From Methanosarcina sp. MSH10X1 (lineage in GTDB: Archaea > Halobacteriota > Methanosarcinia > Methanosarcinales > Methanosarcinaceae), in the NCBI RefSeq assembly GCF_004099695.1, contig NZ_SCHL01000002.1:184351-208350 (forward strand): a stretch of DNA of 24,000 bases. The letters run 5' to 3'. This document shows, piece after piece, positions 11,136 through 19,215 of the stretch. The notes beneath the pieces were generated by a model. The model was not told the origin of the DNA, did not search any database, and was given only the letters and a program-made list of their open reading frames with translations. The stretch's first letter is position 1. Each line of letters opens with the position of its first letter. A program made the position numbers and the translations under genes.

Positions 11136-11275
11136 TTTCTCTATGCTTATCTTCCTGACTTTTCTGTGTTTTTTATTCTTTCTATGCTTATCTTCCTGAC
11201 TTTTCTGTGTTTTTTATTCTTTCTATGCTTATTTTCCTGACTTTTCTGTGTTTTTTTTCTGTTCTTTCTATCCTG
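11136..11275. repeat. 41-bp tandem repeat, about 3.3 copies
   Basis: The unit CTATGCTTATCTTCCTGACTTTTCTGTGTTTTTTATTCTTT recurs with anchors (CTATGCTT) at 11141, 11182 and 11223, an exact 41-bp period with 1-3 mismatches. A degenerate partial fourth copy lies at 11262-11275. Confidence 0.9.
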
Positions 11276-12341
11276 TTCTGCCTTAAATCCGGCAAAATTT
11301 AGTTTCTATTCATATATCTCCTGAGTGCAATTTCACATGTAGGGAAAACAGGATATCCAGTCAAGCCGAGGAAAATATACTATTCAGGCGAACCGGAGAA
11401 ATCTGATTCGATGTGAACTAAAATTTATGAGAGAAGTGAGCAGAAAAAAGGCGAAAAGAAAGCGAAAGACAGCGAAAAGAAAAACGCGGTAAGAAACGGA
11501 AAGAAAACGAAAGACTGACATTAAAAGATTCATAAAGGATTTACATTATTTATCAGGAGAGAAGTCCCTGGCTGGCTAAATAACTATATCTGAACCTGCC
11601 AGGTACTTATGAATCCACTCCCAAACTCGCTTTCTTGGACTGTTATAGCCTTTGAAGATCGTGAGTTATCAGGGAAATTGTTATAACCTGTGAATTTTTA
11701 CCCTGCGCTCAGGCAGGAACCGTACAATCTACTCCCGGACCCACAGCTTTCAAAAATGCCAACCGATGCACTTGAGATAAGATTAGAGTAGATGATCAAA
11801 GGTTGGACAAACTGTGAGACAGGGCTAAATTAATAACACAATCTTCCAGGTTATAGCAGTCCGATTCATATACCAATTTTTTAACTTACATATTGTACAC
11901 TGTCTTAACATATATATATAAAGAATTGTGAACTGATGTCACACGTTTCCGATCGTTTATCAAGTTTTTACTTTAAATCATAAGAAAAACTTAATTAAGG
12001 TTCGAAAATAAGACACTGTACAAAATTATTGCCCTATCAAATCTGAGAATTTGTACTCAAGCCAATAAGGTGCAATATTTGTGGCGAATTGATACATTTG
12101 ATGGAATTTATATTTACTCTAATTACCAAGAAATGATACTAAATAGAAAGGTTTAATATTCGGTAGCACTTACCAGTACCATAAACGGGTTCTAAGTAAA
12201 AACTTTTAGATTTGCAGAGTACCTGATTATATAAAATTTTTTTCTAGATTTTAAACCGGAAGCCATAAAAAGTCCTGATCTTACGGTTGCCAAAACGGAT
12301 CATAGCATAAAGAGCCAGGAAACCGGGTATCGGGTGGAAAT

Positions 12342-13481
12342 ATGCTGATCAGAAAGAATATCTCCCTGGATGATAAGTACCTTAAAAAGTTACAGCCCCT
12401 TCTGGATGCTAACAATGGGAATTTGAGTGCTGCGGTCAGGGATACCATTGAAGTTGCGGATACCGCTCTTGTATACCATAAAAGTATTGATGATGCAATC
12501 CAGTTTTTAAAAGAAACTCCTGTAAAAGAGGAGTTAAATGATACAATTCAGAACGGAGAAAATATCGTTATAAATAAAACAATGCTTGAGTGGCTGTTCA
12601 GGTGCACGAAAGGCAGGCTCACTGATGAAGAGCTTGTCAATGAACTTATCAATCCTTTTGAGATTCAGGATATGAAACAACTCGAAGACTACCTGAACAG
12701 GGTTTCAAGAAGTTATCAATGGACAATTCGAACTTCAATAAAATGTGAAAATATTAACAGTCCTGAGAATGCACTTGTACTAATCTCCAACTCTACTGTA
12801 CACAGCAGAGATTTTTTTGCCCAACTCATAGCTCATTTCCTTTCCAGATGGAAACAGCTCGATGTTGAGCATGTTTTCAGGAGATCAAACTCGACCCAGA
12901 TTTCTTTCAGAAAGAATCCATCTACCTCTTTGAATGAGATTATGCCCGGAATCCGGAAGCATTTTGGGTATCTTGATGTTTTGTGTAAAGAGCTGGACGA
13001 CAATACCGAATTCTGGACTCAGCTAATGTATACTTACAATGTTGAGAGATTCAATCTCGTAACTCTTCATCGGAGCCAGTTTGAAGTTTTCGCAACAGGT
13101 GAGGTTCCAAACCCGACAAAAATCCTTGAGCGCCTGTGCAAGCAGTCGGTATGTGATATGTCTCTTCCGGATTTACTTGTTCATTTCAGGAGAATGTATC
13201 TGGCGACCCAGCTCGTAAAGAATATAGAAATCTCTCTCGAACCCGGGAATGAATCAGTAACCATCTACCACGACTATAAGGATGAAAGAGTTGTTCGCAA
13301 TCTTGCTGAGTATTTCTCGAACATATTCAGGGAAAATGGCACGCCTTTCGATACCTCTTTATATTCAAGCATGATCGTATTCCGATTCTTCCGGGGGCGA
13401 GAACCTGATAGTTCGGACCTCTATTTAATGGAAGGAATTGAAGAGCCTGAATTACCTGAAGAAGAATATACTGATGCTTGA
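12342..13481 (+). CDS. Hypothetical protein with N-terminal ribbon-helix-helix (CopG/Arc/MetJ-like) motif and ~330 aa uncharacterised C-terminal region
   Basis: 379 aa with the SD GGGTGGA before the ATG. The N-terminus KNISLDDKYLKKLQPLLDANNGNLSAAVRDTIEVAD has the beta-strand/helix/G-x-[ST]/helix pattern of RHH DNA-binding domains. I recognise no motif in the rest, and the C-terminal tail is acidic. Confidence 0.65.
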   Translation: MLIRKNISLDDKYLKKLQPLLDANNGNLSAAVRDTIEVADTALVYHKSIDDAIQFLKETPVKEELNDTIQNGENIVINKTMLEWLFRCTKGRLTDEELVNELINPFEIQDMKQLEDYLNRVSRSYQWTIRTSIKCENINSPENALVLISNSTVHSRDFFAQLIAHFLSRWKQLDVEHVFRRSNSTQISFRKNPSTSLNEIMPGIRKHFGYLDVLCKELDDNTEFWTQLMYTYNVERFNLVTLHRSQFEVFATGEVPNPTKILERLCKQSVCDMSLPDLLVHFRRMYLATQLVKNIEISLEPGNESVTIYHDYKDERVVRNLAEYFSNIFRENGTPFDTSLYSSMIVFRFFRGREPDSSDLYLMEGIEEPELPEEEYTDA

Positions 13482-13676
13482 TGGCAGGTCCATGAATTAA
13501 AAGAAAAAATTCGATGTGTTGAAGGAAATCTCTGGAAAAATTATTAAAAAGAAAAGATAAAGACAATGTTTTAAAATAAGGGATTAGAAACTTCAGCCTG
13601 AAGACTAAAGTTCTCCCGAAATCCTCTACAACGGATACCTGATGCTAAATGCCTGATCGGTCTTTCGTCATCCCGT

Positions 13677-15179
13677 TTAACCTTTTGTAACTCCTAGAGG
13701 AAGAACTCTTGCGACCTTACGGGCAATGCCGAGGTCGTGGACGACATTTACTACATCGCTGCTGGACTTGTATACGCCTGGAGCTTCTTCTGCAATCACT
13801 GAAGGATGCGTGGCTCTTACCGTAATGCCCTGAGCTTCAAGGTTATCTTTTATAGTCTGTCCGCGGAACTCTTTCTTTGCATGTGCCCTGCTCATGACTC
13901 TCCCGGCTCCGTGGCAAGCGCTACCGAAAGAGATATCCATAGCTTCTTTTGAACCGCATAATATAAAGGATGGGGCTCCCATGCTTCCAGGAATCAAAAC
14001 CGGCTGCCCTGCATCCCTGTACACGGCAGGAACTTCAGGATGCCCTGGAGGAAAGGCTCTCGTTGCCCCTTTCCTGTGCACGTACACCTCTTTTTTCCTG
14101 CCGTCCACGATGTGTTCTTCAAGTTTTGCCACATTATGGGCAACGTCATAAAGCAGATCCATGCCCAGATCGTCAGTGTCTCTATTGAATACATTTTCAA
14201 ACGATTCCCTTGTCCAGTGTGTAATCATCTGACGGTTTGCCCATGCATAATTTGCTGCGCAAAGCATTGCCTTAAAATAGTTCTGGGCTTCCCTTGACTG
14301 GGCAGGAGCACAGGCAAGCTGTTTATCCGGAATTTCAATTTTATAATTCTTTACAGCCTGAGAGAGTTCCTTTAGATGGTCAGTACAGATCTGGTGTCCT
14401 GCACCTCTTGACCCGCAGTGAACCATTACCGTGACCTGGCCTTCTTCAAGCCCGAAGGTCGAAGCCATTTCCTGATCATAAATTTTGTCGACATACTGAA
14501 CCTCAAGAAAGTGGTTGCCGCTTCCAAGAGTTCCTAACTGGGGTTTTCCCCTGTTTCTGGCTTTCGTGCTTACCTGGGAAGGATCAGCTCCTTCCATATA
14601 CCCATTTGCTTCACAGTGCTCAATATCGGCTTCCACACCATATCCAGCTTCTACAGCCCACTTTGCACCCTCAAGAAAAGCACTGTCCAGTTCCTTATCA
14701 GAAGCCCTGAACCGACTTTTTGAACCAACACCAGCGGGAACATTCTTAAAAAGCTCATCGGTTAACCTTTTTATGTCCGGAACCACCTCTTCCTTTTGAA
14801 GATTGGTACGAATGAGCCTTACTCCGCAGTTGATATCAAAGCCCACTCCGCCTGGGCTGATAATTCCTTCTTCCGCATCAAAAGCCGCAACTCCCCCGAT
14901 AGCAAAACCATAGCCAAGATGGGCGTCAGGCATTGCCATGGAATACTTCTGGATTCCAGGGAGAGTTGCCACATTTGCAATCTGGTCAATGGTTCCGGGT
15001 TCAATCCCTTCGAGTAAACTTTCGGAAACGAACAGGCGGCCTGGAACACGCATATTGGGGATGTGCCCGGTAGGAATTTCCCAGTTATTTTCGGAAAGCT
15101 TCCTGACCATATTCTTTACATCCCTCTGAATGCTTTCTGTGTTTAATTCGTCAATAGCTGTATCTTCGCTTTCTGCCAT
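13677..15179 (-). CDS. rtcB: RNA-splicing ligase RtcB (3'-phosphate/5'-hydroxy nucleic acid ligase)
   Basis: 500 aa with RtcB hallmarks [46 protein letters not shown] and SACHGAGR (the nucleotidylated His). No intein is present. There is an acidic ~23 aa N-terminal extension, and an alternative start ([13 protein letters not shown]) lies at 15110. Confidence 0.95.
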   Translation of the reverse strand: MAESEDTAIDELNTESIQRDVKNMVRKLSENNWEIPTGHIPNMRVPGRLFVSESLLEGIEPGTIDQIANVATLPGIQKYSMAMPDAHLGYGFAIGGVAAFDAEEGIISPGGVGFDINCGVRLIRTNLQKEEVVPDIKRLTDELFKNVPAGVGSKSRFRASDKELDSAFLEGAKWAVEAGYGVEADIEHCEANGYMEGADPSQVSTKARNRGKPQLGTLGSGNHFLEVQYVDKIYDQEMASTFGLEEGQVTVMVHCGSRGAGHQICTDHLKELSQAVKNYKIEIPDKQLACAPAQSREAQNYFKAMLCAANYAWANRQMITHWTRESFENVFNRDTDDLGMDLLYDVAHNVAKLEEHIVDGRKKEVYVHRKGATRAFPPGHPEVPAVYRDAGQPVLIPGSMGAPSFILCGSKEAMDISFGSACHGAGRVMSRAHAKKEFRGQTIKDNLEAQGITVRATHPSVIAEEAPGVYKSSSDVVNVVHDLGIARKVARVLPLGVTKG

Positions 15180-15525
15180 GATTGATACTCCCTGCTCCTC
15201 TATGCTTTATGGATGTAATTATAAAACTACTAATTTACCTTCCGTTTTCCAAAGCTCTGCAAGTTCCCCAGGAAACGTGATCATTATACACCATATCAGG
15301 CTGGATTGAAGCCACAATGAGTTCTGGAAACGCCTGATAATAATATTATTTCGATATAATAAAGTCGATATGAGATGACTGAATAAATTCAGGACGAGAT
15401 AATTCAGCTTGAGGTTTTGTAGTGCAGAATAGGATAATAATTCACATACATGAAGATATGCATGGTGCAAACGGATTGGAGGAAAACAGCCAGTAGTGTA
15501 ATTAAGGGAGAAAGCTTCTGCTCCC

Positions 15526-15966
15526 TTAAATATCCACAACGATCTGAGCTTTCCAGCCTTCATCAGTCTTTGTTATCTCGAGCTGGTTATAGGTAACAGC
15601 CTTTATTTCAGTCTCAAAGGGGTGGCTCTCAGGATAAAACTCTTCTCCAAGTGCCTTAGCTGTTATTGAGTACTCGCCATCTTCCTCGCTGATTTTCTCA
15701 ACCCGAAACTCCCTGAAAACGATTTCGTCAACCTCAAATACATATAAAAGCTCAGAAAGCCAGTCCACAAGCAGAGATTCGAGGTCAGGCGACCTAAGAT
15801 AAATTTCTTTTGGAGTATTCCCAGAGACTTTCTCTGTATTGATAATTACATTGAACATCGCGAGAGCCGAGTTTTCAAAAACTTCTTCCAGAGTTCTCCC
15901 ATAAGCCCGGAATTTGATATCTGCAGTATGTTCCAGATACTCATACTGTTTTCCTTGAGACGACAT
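15526..15966 (-). CDS. Archease (RtcB activator)
   Basis: 146 aa. The N-terminal YEYLEHTADIKFRAYG motif and the overall size match the archease family. It lies upstream of and co-oriented with rtcB. Confidence 0.9.
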   Translation of the reverse strand: MSSQGKQYEYLEHTADIKFRAYGRTLEEVFENSALAMFNVIINTEKVSGNTPKEIYLRSPDLESLLVDWLSELLYVFEVDEIVFREFRVEKISEEDGEYSITAKALGEEFYPESHPFETEIKAVTYNQLEITKTDEGWKAQIVVDI

Positions 15967-16087
15967 GGTTGGGTATTGTGTTTTTGTGTTACATTAACCT
16001 ATTCACTTCAGAAGCCTGGGTTCAGGTCCGCAGGAGTCCCCCTGAACCGGAATAAAACAGGGTTTGCAAATTCTTAAAAAGCTACCT

Positions 16088-16750
16088 TCACTCTAATTTC
16101 TTCCAGATATAAAGAATTCTCTGGATAGCTGTTATATGACTGGTTACAGCAATCAGGATCACAGCCCAGCCGAGAATAGAAAAACCTGCAATCGGCATTG
16201 AAAAGGCAAAGTTGCCGAAAGCTGAAAGAATTATAACTATAAGCCGGTCTGCCCTGCCCATAATTCCTCCATAGTATCTCCCCAGGTTGAGTGCCTGAGC
16301 CTGAGTTCCGAGATAGCTGGTAAGCTGTACTCCTACAATTGCCGCAACTCCGATCTGCCAGGGCACGTAACCTGCAAAAAAGATGCTGCATATAATAAAG
16401 ACATCCGAGTAGCGGTCGATAACGTGGTCCAGAAAATCGCCTCTGGAGGTAGCCCTATCTGCCTTCCGTGCAATCACTCCATCAAGAGCATCGAAAATCG
16501 AATTAAGTATTACCAGGATACCTGCCAGCAGGACTAATTCCCTGGATGCGGGCGAGTAGTAAAAACTGAGCCCTGCAAAAAATGCACAGATAAGGGAAGC
16601 TATGGAAACTGTATCGGGTGAGACCTCATATCTGACGAAAAGGTCAGCCAGCGGTTCGATAACTCTTGAGGCAAAAGGTCTCAGGGTATTAAACGTCATG
16701 GTACTCGAGATTCTTCCTTTATGTGATATCCGTAATGGAAAGTCGCCCAA
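16088..16750 (-). CDS. CDP-alcohol phosphatidyltransferase family protein (archaetidylinositol-phosphate/archaetidylserine synthase-like)
   Basis: 220 aa membrane protein carrying the family signature D-x2-D-G-x2-A-R-x8-G-x3-D-x3-D (DALDGVIARKADRATSRGDFLDHVIDRYSD). A possible alternative start (MTFNTLRPF) is at 16699. Confidence 0.85.
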   Translation of the reverse strand: MGDFPLRISHKGRISSTMTFNTLRPFASRVIEPLADLFVRYEVSPDTVSIASLICAFFAGLSFYYSPASRELVLLAGILVILNSIFDALDGVIARKADRATSRGDFLDHVIDRYSDVFIICSIFFAGYVPWQIGVAAIVGVQLTSYLGTQAQALNLGRYYGGIMGRADRLIVIILSAFGNFAFSMPIAGFSILGWAVILIAVTSHITAIQRILYIWKKLE

Positions 16751-16884
16751 GCAACAGGCACCTGGTCTTATTCGGTATCCTGGTTTGGACCTGCTTATTA
16801 TGTCGTTTCTGTGTTTACCTGCTTTTTTATATTTATACTTAAGGCTGTATGGTTATCCGTTACTCAATAGATAAATTTACTTAT

Positions 16885-17475
16885 TCACTTTTCTGCTGCT
16901 GCACGCTCGTACAGGTATTTAACTTTACAGGAGTGCTCAAGCTGTGTGGTCACGATATATGCATCCCCGAGTGTTCTCCCTGTTGCAAAAGTTCCGTGGC
17001 TGTAAACTATAGCGCCCCTGTGCCTCGAAAGCGAATTTGCAAGATTTCCTGCGAGCTCGCGGCTACCTATGCCCCCTCCGACGACCGGAATCTCTCCGAG
17101 GAAGTACTGCCCTTCACTGTCTACAGGCGCAATTCTCCCGTCAGGGCCCGCAAGCAGGGACTCAACAACCGCGTATACGGAGTGAGCGTGAATGACTGCA
17201 AGCGCTGAGGTCTGCCTGTAAATCTCCCTGTGCACAACAGCTTCGGAAGATGCAATTATATCCAGAGAGGAAGTGTCCTGAATATCAACCTCAACAACGC
17301 TGTTTTCTGTGACTTCATCAAGTGCCGTCCCTGTTCGGGTAATGAGCATCCTGTCTCCGGCTCTGAGACTGATGTTTCCGAAGTTGGACTCTACAAGCCC
17401 GTGTTCGACCAGCTTGCGCCCGTATTTTGCGATTTCCTGCCACATCTTAACCGGTATATAGATAAAGGACGCCAT
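16885..17475 (-). CDS. Class II aldolase/adducin-domain protein (L-fuculose-phosphate aldolase / MTRu-1-P dehydratase-like)
   Basis: 196 aa. GNISLR near the N-terminus, a spaced His pattern (VHREIY...VIHAHS...) and YSHGTFATG are typical of the class II aldolase fold. Confidence 0.75.
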   Translation of the reverse strand: MASFIYIPVKMWQEIAKYGRKLVEHGLVESNFGNISLRAGDRMLITRTGTALDEVTENSVVEVDIQDTSSLDIIASSEAVVHREIYRQTSALAVIHAHSVYAVVESLLAGPDGRIAPVDSEGQYFLGEIPVVGGGIGSRELAGNLANSLSRHRGAIVYSHGTFATGRTLGDAYIVTTQLEHSCKVKYLYERAAAEK

Positions 17476-17621
17476 AAGGTTTATGTACTATAACCTCAGG
17501 AATCCCGCAAAAAGAGAAAACTGTACATTTAAAACATGGCGGCAGCCTTCCAGAGAACGAAACCTGCCATAAAGTTTATCTGTGAGTATTGTATTTAGAT
17601 AAGTCGCAGTATCTCCGATTT

Positions 17622-17695
17622 GCCTCGTTGGCTCAGCCCGGTAGAGCGAGTGACTTGTAATCACTAGGTCGCGTGTTCGAATCACGCACGAGGCT
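17622..17695 (+). tRNA. tRNA-Thr (anticodon UGU)
   Basis: Hand-folded cloverleaf. Acceptor stem GCCTCGT/ACGAGGC, D stem GCTC/GAGC, anticodon stem AGTGA/TCACT with loop CT-TGT-AA, 5-nt variable loop, T stem GCGTG/CACGC with loop TTCGAAT. The discriminator is T, no CCA is encoded, and a T-run (TTCTTTTTTATTTTT) follows. Confidence 0.93.
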
Positions 17696-18118
17696 TCTTT
17701 TTTATTTTTCCGTACCCTGTGTTCTCTAATTGGTTAAAATTATAGATTTCTGAATAAACAATATTCTTCTTTTCCAATTACTTACACTAAATAATACTAG
17801 AGTTTTTTTTCAATCAACTCATATAGACAGATTTCTGTAACAAGTGCATAAATAAAAACCTCCTCATTCCTTTGAAATTTTTAACTTGAAATTATTATTT
17901 ATTTCAAACCAATTTTTTGCATAATAAATTTAAAATAATTTCTATTCTTTTTATATGCTGGAGTTGGGAACTAAGGGGGTATTATCACACCACACAGATA
18001 AAGAACCTCCCGAAGGTTACTGGTCTCTCTTTGAATTTACTGTTTGGGGAGCATGATATATTCAAAGGGGCTGTATTGAGGGATACAGTATACGGATTCA
18101 GTATCTTCGGGATTCTTC

Positions 18119-18198
18119 TTAACATGTAATCCTTTTTCTAAACACGCAATCCTTCCTCTAAACATGTAATTCTTCTCCTAAATATTGTAATTCTTTTC
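18119..18198. repeat. Degenerate 20-bp tandem repeat, 4 copies
   Basis: The units are TTAACATGTAATCCTTTTTC / TAAACACGCAATCCTTCCTC / TAAACATGTAATTCTTCTCC / TAAATATTGTAATTCTTTTC. They start at 18119, 18139, 18159 and 18179, an exact 20-bp phase. Confidence 0.8.
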
Positions 18199-18555
18199 TG
18201 CCATTTTACCGGGGAGTCCAGTTCCTAAATACTTCAATATCTCCCTCACTTAACCTTTCCAGCTTCCAGGTAGCATGTGCGGTAAGCCTGCAAAGACTAA
18301 CAAGCTAAGATTGAGGTAAAGCTAAAGATTGAGATTATGAAGCCCTTTTCCGATTTTTCAGGAATAAATTGCCGATCAGAACTGCAATAAATCCCAAAAA
18401 AATATCATAAAGATATTGTCGAATCCACTAAGGTCAGTATTTACGTGTAACTTTATATGTCCATAATCGCTAAAAGACAGGCAATTTATTAAATATAAAA
18501 GATTTTATTAAATTAGGGGAATTATCATGAGCGAGATTAAAAGGAGAAATTCACT

Positions 18556-19014
18556 ATGAACGAAATTAAAATCGGGGATATAATTCAGGATTTCAGGTTA
18601 AGAGACCAGAAACAGAAAGACGTTCATCTCTACGACTTCGCTGGCAAAAAGGTGCTCCTGTCATTTCATCCGCTTGCCTGGACTAATGTGTGTGCAGAGC
18701 AGATGAAATCACTTGAAGAAAATCACGAAATGTTTACCAGGCTGAACACGGTGGCTTTTGGCATAAGTGTGGATCCCATACCATCGAAAAGGGCCTGGGC
18801 AAGGGAACTGGGAATTTCGCACATTAAGCTCCTTTCAGACTTCTGGCCGCATGGAGAGGTCGCCCGAGCATATGGAATTTTCAGGGAAAAAGAAGGTGTC
18901 TCTCAGAGGGCGAACATAATTATCGATGAGGAGCAGAAAGTTATATTCTTCGAAGTATATCCTATGCATGAGCTTCCTGATATGGCTAAAATTGGAAAAG
19001 TCCTGGAGCAATAA
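18556..19014 (+). CDS. Peroxiredoxin / thiol peroxidase (AhpC/TSA-redoxin family, Bcp-like)
   Basis: 152 aa. The motif KKVLLSFHPLAWTNVC carries the peroxidatic Cys context, and SVDPIPSKRAW resembles the family block SxDxxxSHxxW. The SD AAGGAG precedes the ATG. Confidence 0.8.
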   Translation: MNEIKIGDIIQDFRLRDQKQKDVHLYDFAGKKVLLSFHPLAWTNVCAEQMKSLEENHEMFTRLNTVAFGISVDPIPSKRAWARELGISHIKLLSDFWPHGEVARAYGIFREKEGVSQRANIIIDEEQKVIFFEVYPMHELPDMAKIGKVLEQ

Positions 19015-19215
19015 GGCACAGGGATTGGTTCTTAAGAATAAAACAATAAACAAGAAGAATAAACAGTAGAATGACAGGACAAAATGAGATAAACAGATAA
19101 TGGGATAACCGGGTGAAAAGGGAGAAGGCAGTTAATAAGCGAGAAAGTAGTTAATAACTATAAAATGTAAGGCAAGTAAACAATTAGGGAATGTTAAAGG
19201 CTCTACGACTAATAT

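Noticed and set aside
11851-11860. Shared 10-mer GTTATAGCAG between the 11.85 kb inverted repeat arm and 21765-21774 upstream of the RavA-like gene
   Set aside because: A single 10-nt match across 24 kb on two strands, found after many implicit comparisons, is within chance expectation. The similarity does not extend into the flanks.
15219-15563. 114 aa ORF in the archease-rtcB spacer
   Set aside because: It overlaps the archease 3' end and its sequence looks non-protein-like (Leu/Ile/Ser-rich, with no motifs). It is more plausibly non-coding promoter/leader DNA for rtcB.
17488-17685. 65 aa ORF on the minus strand overlapping tRNA-Thr
   Set aside because: The region folds into a perfect tRNA cloverleaf on the plus strand, so the ORF is an artefact of the tRNA sequence.
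17917-18129. 70 aa ORF (TTG start) in the AT-rich spacer after the tRNA
   Set aside because: It has a non-ATG start without an SD, AT-driven codon content and no motifs. Its end runs into the 20-bp tandem repeat. I treat it as non-coding.
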